Part shown: one piece after another, positions 24,311 to 36,761 of the stretch
How the letters are laid out: every line of letters begins with the position of its first letter
How positions within the stretch are numbered: position 1 is the stretch's first letter
NCBI RefSeq assembly: GCF_001447785.1
Contig: NW_015167592.1
Coordinates: forward strand, 214,907 to 278,906
Origin: Gekko japonicus
Lineage: Eukaryota
Length of the DNA: 64,000 nucleotides
Direction: 5' to 3'
Translations under genes and position numbers: made by a program
The notes under the pieces: model-generated
Databases searched by the model: none
What the model saw: only the letters and a program-made list of their open reading frames with translations
What the model was told of the DNA's origin: nothing

Positions 24311-25175
24311 TCGACACCAGACACAAATCCCATAGGTGCACCGGGCATGTCTTCAGGGGACACTCTAGCATTCGGGCCTAAAACTCTATGGTACCATAGA
24401 GTTTTAAGCCTGAACACTAGAGTGTCCCTTGATGACATGCTCAGCTTGATGATGTCACTTCCAGGTGACGTCATCGTGGCACATTTCCTGAGGCTCCCAG
24501 ATGCACAGCCACTCCCCCCTGCTGGATGCCAGGTAGGGACCTGGCAACCCTAATCTAATAACCAATAAAAAGCCTTCTGAGCAAAAGCCCCACCCGGCCC
24601 CACCCACTTTCTAAATACACTTGAGAGGTGCCAGGAAAGGTGCTGGCAGGCACCATGGCTCACAAGGCCACCCTGTTGGGTACCTCTGGTTTAAGTGTTC
24701 CCCCTGTAGGCCCAGTTCAGCTCCAAGCTGTGGGAAATACAAACCCATCCTAAACACGATGAATCCCCAACTGCTGATCAGCAACATCGGCAGCACTCTT
24801 ATTTGGACTGAGCTACAACCAAATTCCATCATCAAGGGCCTGGTAGCTAAACTTCTATTTCTTTTCCAGCTAAGTATGTCCATGACAGTGCTGGGATTTA
24901 TTGAAGGAATTCTGAAAATAGGTTCACATGTGCAAAATTTGAGGGGGGAAATGGGAAAGGAAAAACCAAAGTAAGTTTTTAAAAGACATTCTTGATGGAT
25001 TGAAGAAAAGAAAGTAAATTCAAATAGTCCATGAGCATTCTGGGAAGTACCGAAATGCAGGAGTACTGGAAGAACGGAGAAGAAAACAATTGTCTCAGCA
25101 CGCGTGTTGTGCAACTGTCAGAATACCACCCATGACATTGGGCACATTTCCTTTGTCAAACTCTTGACAACTCCC

Positions 25176-25325
25176 TTGCGTGACCTACGGTGTCCATGTA
25201 AATGTTTAACACTAAAAGCACGTGAAGTTCAAACTATGCATCGTAAGTTCAAATAAGTTCAAACAGAAGTCCAAACTTCGTATCATAAGGTGCAAGAAAC
25301 TGGCAGCATTTCAATGTCAAGTTCA
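25176..25325. promoter_or_regulatory. Putative xenobiotic-response enhancer, copy 1 (XRE + DR4 + AGTTCA half-site cluster)
   Basis: TTGCGTG 25176-25182, TGTTTAAC, CACGTG 25219-25224, AGTTCA 25226, AGTTCA-aata-AGTTCA 25246-25261, AGTCCA 25268, AGTTCA 25320. Confidence 0.6.
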
Positions 25326-26245
25326 TATCACGGTACAGAGCTCTTTCTGGATGTCATAGTATCCTCCCGTAGTTTAATGCCTAGTCATTGTTAGTGTCCA
25401 AAACACAACTTTAAAGAGAAGTTATTTTCCCCTGTCAAGCCTTTTCTCACCCACAAGGAGTGCCTTCCTTACATACATAACTGTTTTATGTAAACCCTTG
25501 CCCCCTCTAAAGACAAGGCCTTGGCCATAATGGCTAAAGGGGGAACTTGAGGGTTCTGGGGGTTCTGGAACATCTTGAAATGGGTCAGCTAGGGAGATGC
25601 AAAAAGCATTATTTAATTCAGTTATACCCCACCACTCTCCCTAACAGGGACCCAAAGCAGCTTACATCACTCTCCTCTCTTCCATTTTATCCTCACAGCA
25701 ACCCTGTGAGGTAGGTTACTCTGAAAGAGCGTGACTGGCCCAAGGTCACCCGGAGAGGTTCCATAGCATGTGGGAATTTGAACCTGGGTCTCCCAGATAC
25801 TAGGCCAACACCCATGACCACTGCACCCACACCGGATATTTTTAACAAAAAGAAGTTCTTATACTAAACAGAAATTCTTGTTCAGTAAAAAGCTTGAAAC
25901 CTTGTTAGTTGTGGCCAATCCGTGTTTGAGCATCAGTGGTGTGTGTACTGGTCCAGCCCTGAGTACAGCTCCCTTTACTGAGGGAAGGAGGCCAAAGGGT
26001 GCCGCAACCACTGCTGCTTCTCATTGGCTTGCTTCAGACAGAGAACCCCAAACCATGGCGGGCGCTACCTGAATGAGTCTCCAACTTGCTTACATGATCC
26101 CCCCTCCCAACTCACTAGCAAACCATAACTTGCAGTTATGGTGCATAAGAGCATTTCCCTGACACTTTTGTTAGGGATGATTATTGATTGGGAAACTTTG
26201 GGAATTCATCACCAATATCTATAATGAGAAGTATTAGAGCCTGCT

Positions 26246-26612
26246 CCAAAAAGTCCTTATAAACTCAGGAAGAGACGTGGAAAAGAGAAGTGAAGACGGA
26301 AAGACTCTGAATTGTATTTTTAACTAAATAATATGTTGTGATGATTGGGGGGCATTGTTCTAGACAGTTAAGATTTGCAAGTTAAAGAAAAAGGTTAAAT
26401 AGTAGAAATATATGACTCAGTTTATATTGAGCTAAATGAAGTTATGATTTATTGTAACTAAGCTTTTTTGAGGATCTCCTCTCTTGGGTTTTTAGATAGT
26501 AGTTGGTTTTCTTTACTTTCTCCTGTAAATGTAGTTCCCCACCCCTTTTCTGTAGTTTTTGTAATCTTATAAAAAATAATTAAAAAATCTCCTCCAGGGG
26601 CTTAAAAAAAAA
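26246..26612 (+). mobile_element. Short L1-type retroposed 3' fragment with poly(A)
   Basis: 17-bp TSD aagtattagagcctgct (26229-26245 / 26613-26629) and an A tail. Confidence 0.8.
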
Positions 26613-27054
26613 AAGTATTAGAGCCTGCTTTTAGAAGCTAGAAAGTAGAACACACTCAGAATGAACTCTGTTATTAAAAAAGTTCATTTGTAGAAAATAA
26701 GCTTACACAGCAGAATGCAAGATGCACAGCAGAAGGCAGAAGGCAGGATGCCGTCCATCACAAGGTAGACATCTACAGGGACATATTTGTTGATAAGGAT
26801 AGCACACGTTATTGTCCCTAACACTTTCTCCAAAGAATGTCCTTTTTCAGTATTAGGAAGGTAACCAGCACTGTGTAAGCAGAGTTTGGGTGTCCATGTT
26901 ATTGGACTCTTTTTGTCTTAGCGCTGTGATTTTATCCATTAACTTGATATATTAAATCTTGCACAACCAAGCTTCCATACAGGGCTGGTGCTCCCATAAG
27001 GCGGGGTTAGGCATCTGCCTAAGGACGCCACCTACCACCCCTGCTCTGGTGCCC

Positions 27055-27890
27055 CGCGGGTGAGCATAAATCCACTCACTGCCTAAATAGGCAGCGTTAG
27101 GGGTGTTTAACCGGGTCTTCAGAGCAAGGTGATCCGCCCATGGAACTGCATCAGCAGTTATCCAATCCACCATAATCCTTGTGGTAAAGATAAGATCCAG
27201 CATGTGGCCTGCTTGGTGTGTAGGAGCCAAAACTGGGTGAGTCCCAGTGCTGCCATAGACAACACGAAGTCTGTGGCCTGTGAAGAGGTCACATCATTGG
27301 CATGGACGTTGAAATCACCCAGAACTAAAAGCCTGGGATACTCCAACGCTGAGCCCAATACAGCTTCCAACAGACCTGGCAGGGTGTTTGCTGGTGTGTT
27401 GGGCAGACCAGCCAAATGGCCAAACTCTCCTTGGCATCCCACACCAGACCAATGCAAGCAATCTTTGGCCCAGGGAGCTCTCTGAAGGAGAAATACTCCC
27501 AAATTAGCAATGCCACTCTCCCCTGCCCAATTGTGCAGGACTGGTGAAGGACCGAGAAGCCTGAGGGGGCCAATTGATTCAGAGCAACTGTTTCACCCTC
27601 TCTTACCCAGGTCTCAGTCACACACGCAAGCTCTACTGCCTGCTCCGCCAGATACTTCTAGAGGATGGTGGTCTTATTGTTAATAGCCCTGGCATTAAAC
27701 AACACCAGTGTTGGAGGCGGGTAAGATTTCCTATCCCCACAGCCGGCATCTTTCGAGATGGGATGAAGACAGGAAGGAGACCAAGCATTTCTACATCTCA
27801 GACTCCTTCCTCTAAGTTGCCTTCTCCCACCACCATATTCCCCCTGCCCCATTCTTACCGGGATCCCTGACCCTCCCATGGCCACCCCCT
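27055..27890 (-). mobile_element. L2-type LINE fragment (endonuclease region)
   Basis: LFNARAINNK, VTETWV, LGDFNVH and PTHQAGHMLDLIF motifs across frameshifts. Confidence 0.78.
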
Positions 27891-27949
27891 CCAGATCTTA
27901 TTAAGCCAGAAGTAGTCCCACTCAGTATCCGGAGATAACAATGAAGGAG

Positions 27950-28436
27950 GAGGAGGAGATTGGATTTATACCCCGCCCTTCACTACCCAAGGGAGTCTCA
28001 GAGCGGCTTACAAACTCCTTTCCCTTCCCCTCCCCACAACAGACACACTGTGAGCAATGCTCCCTCTAAGTTGTGGAGTCTCGTGAGCAAAAATTCAACT
28101 TTGTGAGCGACTGGCATTAAAGTTGTGAGCGAGTGATTTGGCTGCTGCATAAATTAGTTTGCTCTGGAGACATCCTTCCTGCGCCAAAACAAAAATGTGT
28201 GCGCCGGAGGCCAAAAAACTATGAGCTAGCTCACACTAACTCAGCTTAGAGGGAACACTGAGTCTGTGAGGTAGGTGGGGCCGAGAAAGCTCTGAGAGAA
28301 GTGCCCTTTCAAGGACAGCTCTGACAGAACTATGGCTTGCCCAAGGTCATCCAGCAGCTGCAAGTGGAGGAGTGGGGAATCAAACCCGGTTCTCCCAGAT
28401 TAGAGTCTGCACACGTAACCACTACACCAAACTGGC
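27950..28436 (-). mobile_element. Squam3-like SINE with a nested MITE (28055-28260)
   Basis: Reverse complement of the 3618 element, split by a MITE with TIR ca(a/g)tg(c/t)tccctctaag. Confidence 0.8.
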
Positions 28437-29210
28437 AATAGAGTAACCCAATCAGAATCTCTATCAGCTATACATCCAAACCCAGATGGCATCTATAATA
28501 CAAAACCTTCAACCTGATTTAAATCCAGTAATTAGTTAAATATAGTCAGCAGAAATCCTAACTACAAACCCATCAACCTCCCTCCCAAACCTCCCCTCCT
28601 ACTTCCCTCTCTCTACCAGAAGTACGAAGGATACATTAACCTAGCTACCAGAATTAGCTAACTAATTAATTATAATGGGTGAGAATTAAAACCTAAAATC
28701 CACCTAACCAAACCTAACACTAAAACGCAATAATTCATTGAAAACTAGAGCAGCTAACACAATTAACATCTCAGCTCCAAATGATGACATTGAAGAATCC
28801 CCACTAGGGTGAAAGCAAAAGCTGCAGTCAGTAAAGGAGTCCCCTCTGAGGATGAGCCATATGCTGTAGTTCCAAGAACCATCAGCAGATGGCGGTGTCA
28901 CAGCATGCTGAGAACAATTTGAAGCGCTATACTGCAGTAAAGGCGACCAGAGACGGAATTGCGGTCTTAAAGGAGAACTATAGTTCAGGCCGGAGGGATT
29001 TCTTGATAGCCTCTCTGCCTCTGGAGTCATCTCTTGATGGGTAGAGTCTGTGGGGAAAGCCTTTCCCCCCCAGCACAGCCTGATTGACAAGGCTCTCCCT
29101 CTGCTTTTCCAAACAACAGCTAAAGATACCAGAAGTCACTGGCTCAGCAGATGAGGACAGCAGCTGAGAATGTTTTGCAGTCCATGCTCGAGGCTATTCA
29201 CTGTGGTATT

Positions 29211-29552
29211 TGTTATGTCTGGACTTGAGCAGTCTTCAACTCCAGCTTAACTGCTGCCGGAGGCATCTCTGGGCTTCTACGGGCAGGCCACCTAGCTGGA
29301 GCTTGAAGCCCCAGAACAAAGGCAGGCAGGATCCTGGAACCTGCCTGTGGATTGGCTCCTGAGGACAGCCAGCCAATCTGGAGCCTGGAGGCCATTTGAA
29401 TTCACCAATCACATGGGGGCTGGAAGTGGCTTAGGTGTATATAGTTAGGGCAGTTGCCCCGTGTAAGGCATTTCCTGTTGAGATGCAATAAACTGCTGCT
29501 TGCTGAAATCATTATGCCTTCTCCTCTGCCATGTTAAACCTACTATTTAACA
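29211..29552 (+). mobile_element. Solo LTR (Gypsy-like)
   Basis: TGTTA...TAACA ends, TATATA, AATAAA, and 5-bp TSD gtatt/gtact. Confidence 0.78.
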
Positions 29553-29871
29553 GTACTCCTTAACAATTCACCCAGAACTGGTTAAAATGGATGGTAAGGA
29601 GTCTCAGAGTACCCGGCTAGGGCTCCATTCGTGTTGAAGTCAAATTCACCCGGGAATTGCTCCAGAGCTTCTGGGTTGGACTTACAGCGCCCAAGTTGGA
29701 CTTACAGCTGCCCGAGTTTATCTGGAGTAGTTTGCTGGTGTACCCCGCCAAAATGGTCCTCATTGAGGCTCCAACGTCTGCAATTCCGCTGCAAGAACAG
29801 GGGACACCGCAGCAATAAGGCCAATAGCCGGGCTGCTCCGAGGAGAGTTCTCGGCATCCCTGGTGCCTTGC

Positions 29872-30253
29872 TGTAAGTTAGTAGAGAGTCCACTGATACA
29901 ATATAGCCACATTGAATCTTAGTGGGCTAAGTTAGTAAGTTAGTGGGCTAAGTGTAAGTTAGTAGAGAGTCCACTGATACAATGTAGCCACATTGAATCT
30001 TAGTGGGCTAAGTTAGTAAGTTAGTGGGCTAAGTGTAAGTTAGTAGAGAGTCCACTGATACAATGTAGCCACATTGAATCTTAGTGGGCTAAGTTAGTAA
30101 GTTAGTGGGCTAAGTGTAAGTTAGTAGAGAGTCCACTGATACAATATAGCCACATTGAATCTTAGTGGGCTAAGTTAGTAAGTTAGTGGGCTAAGTGTAA
30201 GTTAGTAGAGAGTCCACTGATACATTATAGCCACATTGAATCTTAGTGGGCTA
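29872..30253. repeat. Minisatellite, 81-bp unit, about 4.7 copies
   Basis: Units start at 29872, 29953, 30034, 30115 and 30196 and are nearly identical. Confidence 0.95.
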
Positions 30254-30541
30254 AAGGACTGACCTCCTCGGGTGGTGCATCAATGCACCCTGATGCTGTG
30301 GGGAAGCAGGAAAACAAGCCCTCTGTTCCTTAAGATCATTGAACCCGGGGCAGATAAGTCATTAGAAACTACATACTCACCATGAAACTTTTTCAGCCTA
30401 ACTTAACTGTCCTGTTCAGAACCCAGCAGGACAAGCTGAGTTCCTTTTTGGAGTGATCAAACACACGGCCACTTAAAAGACACAAATCATCTTTATTTAG
30501 CTCCTAAAGCATCCAAACAATCGTTTACTCACGACCGAAAC

Positions 30542-30747
30542 CAGAGTTCCCTCTAAGCTGAGTTAGTGCGAGCTAGCTCACAGTTTTTTAGCCTCCGACT
30601 CACACATTTTCGTCTTAGCTCAGGAAGGATGGCTCCAGAGCAAACTAATTTACGCAGTGGCCAAATTGCTCACTCACAACTTTAATGCCAGTAGCTCACA
30701 AAGTAGAATTTTTGCTCACAAGACTCCACAGCTTAGAGGAAGCATTG
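30542..30747. mobile_element. MITE (cagtgttccctctaagctg family; other copies at about 1050, 28055 and 58199)
   Basis: TIR-bounded repeat of about 205 bp present several times in the window. Confidence 0.8.
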
Positions 30748-32837
30748 ATCCAAACTGGTGACAGGGTGGGAGCTTACATCTTTAGTGCTAAAAGTCCATT
30801 CTATGGCTGGTGGCGAAAGAGAGATGAATCTGCCCGTCTCTTGCCACTAGAGAATTCTAACAAAGGAGAGCGGTTGCTGGTGCAGCAAGAACAGTTGACA
30901 CAGGGAAGCTCTCCCGTGTGCTGGCTGGTTGATGGGGTTTTTTTAGAGGAGTTCGGGGGCTCCCGAACGCCACTGAGCTCCCCAAAGAGGAGCACAGTGC
31001 AGGGGACTTGCTTGGGACTCCCCGCAAGTGGCAGCAAGTGAGTGAGGGTCCTTTGATTGCCCCAAAGCAAGAACCGATTGAGAGCGCCCATGCCAGGCAT
31101 GGATGTGGAGCCACGACTGCCCGAGCGAGGGGGAGAAGCAGGAAACATCAACTGAACCACTTAAAAACACCATCACCATGAGTAAAAGTACAAGCAACAA
31201 CATCAGAGACTCCCCACTGATTAAGCCCCCATTAACTCTATTGGAAACACAAAGGATGAGAGGGGTGAAGAATTTCTTCCCTCCCCCCCCTTACTTTCAG
31301 CAGCTAAGAAAAGATCTGAAAGCATTCTTTAAAATGGCTTGGGCAAAAGAAGAGAAGGTTGTGATCTGATAACAAAACTGTCAACAAAAATATCTATCTA
31401 TCAATATTCTGTAGTGGATTACAAAATTTTGGAAATATTCATTTTATTTGGCTTTGACCTCCAGGGAAATAAGAGCTCCTCTGTTTGGAATTACAAATAA
31501 AGTAACTACAGACTTTAAGCGATTATTACAGGAAGCAATTATAACAGCAGTAAGAACAGCTCTGGAAAAAAATATGAAAAATGTGCAACCTGCTGTGATC
31601 AGAAGGAAGAGCAAACTGACATGACATTTATTATTGTGGAATACATTGATACAGACAATCCAACTGATATGACTTACAAAATGTATTCAAAAACACACAA
31701 GCTGATTGAAGAACTGGATATGAGGCTCGATGAAAGAATGACAAGAGATGGCATTATTGAATCAACATCTACTGAAAGAGAGAAAAAATAAAAAATATGG
31801 AACCTCAAACTACTTTAAAAATTGATTATAGATGGTTACTACCAGAAGATACTTGCTTCATCTACAAGGGGAAAAGGCACAAAATTAAGACTTTAAGACT
31901 TAAGAGGAGAAATCAGAGAATGGAGGATAAAAACTTATGGAAAAGTTCCAAAATGTTATGGATAAGAGAGAATACATAAGCATCATTTTTTATGGATAAG
32001 GGAGAAAATACAATCCCTCAAGATTTTATAAAGGTTTGAATGATATAAATATCATACAGCTGTTCAAAACTATATAAATGAGTTGAAACATTAGAAAATA
32101 TACTAAAAGAGTATAAAATTTTATTTTTGAAATATATGTGAAATATTATTGTAAGAATATAAGGTGAAATTTGAAAAACAAATTTTGAGGTATTTAAATA
32201 GGTAATCTGACGAGGTAATGAAATCCCCTATTATTTAGATACCTATGTAAATTATATGGTTTTAGATTTTGAAATGAACTGAAGAATATAATAGATGTAT
32301 ACAGACATATAACCTTTCATAGATTATAAAAACTGATCCTTAAAAGTATGCAAAAGAACTTTCTAAGAACATAAGGTGGGACATGGAAAACAAATATGGT
32401 ATGAAGTATTCAAGCATGTAAACTGATGATGTAACTGAACCCCCCACATTTATGTATTTGTGTGTTATATATTTGTCTGTTTGGTCATTGTGATGTTTGT
32501 CTTTATTAAAAAAATTTTTTTAAAGAGAATTCTAACAAAGCATGGAAAAGGGGTAATAAAATTTTGGCCGGCACTGCTAACTAGAAGAAAAGGAGCCCAT
32601 GTGTAACCAATAAGAAAGGCTATTTCAGAACATCTGACCTAAGGGGGTAATGAACTACATTTCCCATCATGCATTCTCTTAAAGGACTATCTTGTTCTAA
32701 AATACAAACTGCTACCTGCATATCCTGCTGTGGCAGAACATTAATAATCTTTGCTGGATAACCTCTCTCCCTAAACTGTTGAGAAAGTGAATACTATGAG
32801 ATGGAGTCCTTTAAACTTTCTCAACAGTTTAGGGAAA

Positions 32838-33403
32838 NNNNNNNNNNNNNNNNNNNNNNNNNNNNNNNNNNNNNNNNNNNNNNNNNNNNNNNNNNNNNNN
32901 NNNNNNNNNNNNNNNNNNNNNNNNNNNNNNNNNNNNNNNNNNNNNNNNNNNNNNNNNNNNNNNNNNNNNNNNNNNNNNNNNNNNNNNNNNNNNNNNNNNN
33001 NNNNNNNNNNNNNNNNNNNNNNNNNNNNNNNNNNNNNNNNNNNNNNNNNNNNNNNNNNNNNNNNNNNNNNNNNNNNNNNNNNNNNNNNNNNNNNNNNNNN
33101 NNNNNNNNNNNNNNNNNNNNNNNNNNNNNNNNNNNNNNNNNNNNNNNNNNNNNNNNNNNNNNNNNNNNNNNNNNNNNNNNNNNNNNNNNNNNNNNNNNNN
33201 NNNNNNNNNNNNNNNNNNNNNNNNNNNNNNNNNNNNNNNNNNNNNNNNNNNNNNNNNNNNNNNNNNNNNNNNNNNNNNNNNNNNNNNNNNNNNNNNNNNN
33301 NNNNNNNNNNNNNNNNNNNNNNNNNNNNNNNNNNNNNNNNNNNNNNNNNNNNNNNNNNNNNNNNNNNNNNNNNNNNNNNNNNNNNNNNNNNNNNNNNNNN
33401 NNN
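32838..33403. other. Assembly gap (others at 39455-39883, 41785-41850, 47196-47285, 51342-51552)
   Basis: Runs of N. Confidence 1.
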
Positions 33404-33419
33404 AGTTTAGAGAAAGAGG

Positions 33420-33870
33420 TTATCCAGCAAAGATTATTCAACATGCAGGTGTTAGGGCTGCCAGCATTGATCGTTCAAATTTGTTTAAAGAGACAGGACG
33501 TAGCAACCATGTTCCTTGTTTTGTGCTTTTGACTTTACACCATTGACATCTCAAATTAAAAACATCATTCATAAACATTGGCATATTGTGGAGGGCATTT
33601 CCGGATGTCAAAATCACCCTTTTATAGGGTTTAGAAGAACTAGAAATATTTGTGACTTACTAGTACATTCTGACTTCAGGTCTGCAACTCTGATACAGCA
33701 TTACATGAACATGAAGCATTCTCCAAATGATTTTAAATTTGTGGTATTGGAAATACTTATAACCCACCGATATACTGGCTTGAATGTCCAAAGAAAGTTA
33801 AGACAACGTGAAGCATTCCGGATTTTCAAACTCAAAACATTTCATCCTCTTGGTCTCAATCAATCTTGGC
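33420..33870 (+). mobile_element. Penelope-like element fragment (GIY-YIG C-terminal region)
   Basis: IKNIIHKHWHI...RRTRNICDLLVHS...QREAFRIFKLKTFHPLGLN. Confidence 0.75.
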
Positions 33871-35815
33871 TGCTACTTATGAGTCATTGTAACTTATCTT
33901 TAGAACTTAGTTGTTATTTTGGGAATAAAAATAGCAATAGGGCTTTTAACATTTTTGAACTTTAAATATTTCATATTTATGGCTTTCAAGCAATCATTAG
34001 AAATTGGCTGCTACTTGTGAGTTGTTGTAATCCATCTTTAGAATTTAGTTGTTACATGAGTAGAAATAGGAATTGGACTTTTAGTCTTCTCTTACTTTAA
34101 GAATTTCTGTGCTATGGTACCTAACATTCACTACAGTATATTAAGCTTTCAGCAGCTGACTGTATTTTTGAGGCTTACTGACTATTTGAGAACATGTTCC
34201 ACTATTGATCGGATGCACGGCTTTATATTAGCATTAGGATTGGTGAGATTTATGACCTTTTTATAATTTTACATATCAGTATTCTGTAATTTTTGTAACT
34301 ATAAATGTATTTTCAGAATTTTTCCTGTATTACTAGTCTGAAGGCTTCTGTGCTTTATGAGTGCTGTGTGAAGGATTTCCCCTACATATACATGATTGAA
34401 GTCTTCTGTACATTATCAGTACTTTATGAAGGTAATATTTACCTTTTGGTATATAGGATATGGTTTTGTTTATTGTTAATATGATAATAATGGTTTGGAT
34501 TTTACTTACAATTCTAGTAGTTTGAACTCTTTGAAGAAGAACCTTCGAAATGAAGATCAAAATCCGGAGTCTTCGTCAACTACTTATGAATTTATGTATA
34601 CTATTTATGAACTTGCACATTTTATGATCATCTTGCTTTACTGATATATATGGTCCCTTGTTATTTTTGTTAGCTTTGCTTTTGTTATAATATAATTTTC
34701 CTTTGCATGACCTTTGTGCACTCCATGGTCTGCGTTATTTATACAGTGCTTGTTTGTTTTCAATGTGCCATAATCCCCCAGGCAGCTTTTATAACATGAT
34801 CCTGGGACCTGCACACCATCCTCTAAAGCGCTCTCAGGTACATATCTGTGGCAGTAATGGGGTGACGGCTGGCACCTTTTCCTATCATTTTTTGCCTTGT
34901 GATATACTGCTTGTGGTGTGATCTGTCTTTTTTGTGGTGTGGCATGGTTGTGTTATTGGGTTTGTTTCTTTTGAAGGGGAAGTGATGTGTTGTGAGGATA
35001 TATTTTACCTCAGAATACACCAGGTCGCATATGCAACTGACAGTTCCAACTGTCTCGTGGGGGGGGGAGTTTGAGGTTTGGAATGAAGTCCAATCAGCTT
35101 CCATATGCAAATTACCTTGAAACTCTGGCCCAATCAGAGAAGAGTGACCTAGGCTGCAGTGGGTGGGAGAGAACTCAGGCAACACAGCCAGTGGATAGAG
35201 ACACCTTGTGATTGACACATCATGGGGCCAACTGATTTTGGAGGGCGTAGAATTTTGCCAGACGAAAATGCAATTATATATAAGGAGAGATGCCCCATCC
35301 TGTTGTTTCTGTTAGACCTACACTGTGTAATCCACCTTGAGTCTCAGTGAGAAAGGCAGGCTACAAATAATGTATAGAAATAAAATAATGTAAATAACGT
35401 AAACTAGTTCTTAGCAACAGACCTACAGAAATTACCAGTGCGCTACTTACTATTTTTTTACAATGAGCAAACATTTGTATGATTATGAAACCTATATATT
35501 ATGCCCATATCCCCATGTCTATTATAAAATGTCTGGAACATATTCCAATATTCCAATAAAATACCATAAACAAAATTAATGCAACGCTTAATACCTTATA
35601 CATAACATCATCATTTCATCATAGAGTTTGTGTTTAAACCCTGTGAATTTCAATAGGGTTTAAATGCAAGTACCCAGACACTGAACTGTGGCCAATAACA
35701 GAAGCTCTTCACATCAAATTCAGGTATAATTGTGCTGTCTGTATCGAATAAGAATTATCTACACAATTCAGAGATCTATCCTGATGAATTAAAGAAAATA
35801 GCAAGAGTTACCAAC

Positions 35816-36682
35816 CTGAGTTAAAGTTTTTTCCCCAGCACAGTTGATCCCTCCAACTTCAACCATTTTAGGCATCCGTGGTTTGGGATACTCAAATGCA
35901 AAGTCTGCTTTGATCAGCCAAACTGATCCATGACTCAAAAGTTCTGTGACGGTGATGTCTTTCTGAAGAAATTCTGCCGCAAGATTTGAATAAGGAGAGT
36001 AAACGACATCACAAAGGACGGATTCTGCCATGCGGAACAGCATGTTCTTAACACGTTCGGCAAACGTCATGCGGTCCGTGTTTGTTGTAAGTGGTCTTGG
36101 AACATAAGAAGGAGGGCTGGGACACTGAAGAGCTTCAGAGTCTAAACCACAGGGAATCCCTCGCAAGAAAAATATCGAAGGGATGCCAAGATACTCAGCC
36201 ACTATCTGGCCACAGGGCATCATCGGATCTGTGAAAAGAGCGTCAAACTTGCTCTGCTCAAAGTATTTCATCAGTTCTTGATTGTACAATAAGGACGTGC
36301 AAGTGGAAAAGAACAAAGCAGACGTATTTTTCAGCCTGTTATAGGTTCTAACAAACCTAACTAGAAAAGGGAACTCTTCAAATATGCCGTCCACACTGTC
36401 CTGGAAAATTTCATCCATCTCTTCTTGTGTGAAAGGCACCGGGTATCTTTTCAGGGTATAAATATCATCTGAAGCTTTTATATGCATGCTTATTTCAGGC
36501 GCAACGACGACTGTCTCATGCCCATTCTGTTTGAGCTGTTTCAGGACAGACCGCATACTCAGCCAATGGCTTCCATCCATGGGTATTACCAGGAGCTTCC
36601 CACCAGAGGTAAAATCCAAAGAAGACAGCAAAAGCAACAGTGCCGCAACACATTCTTTCTGGGAGCCAAACATGGGAAGCAT
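35816..36682 (-). CDS. UGT1A: UGT1A variable exon 1-C (867 bp)
   Basis: ATG 36682, signal peptide, GKLLVIPMDGSHW with His at residue 39, FTDP with catalytic Asp, and donor CAG|GTtggt at 35814-35815. Confidence 0.96.
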
Positions 36683-36761
36683 CTCTCTCTTTTCCTCTGC
36701 GAGAATTCAGCGTCTACTACCATCTGCATGCTTCAGAGCAGCCTCTTATGACATAGGTTGT

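Noticed and set aside
24621-24974. Recurrent plus-strand ORF MNPQLLISNIG... (also 46130 and 60537)
   Set aside because: Recurrence is explained by the segmental duplication. Ends differ among copies and no domain was recognised.
29872-30253. CRISPR-like regular repeat array
   Set aside because: Units are contiguous with no unique spacers, there are no cas genes, and the context is eukaryotic.
32787-33532. Long ORFs spanning N runs (also about 39300-40000 and 51280-51640)
   Set aside because: Artefacts of translating gaps.
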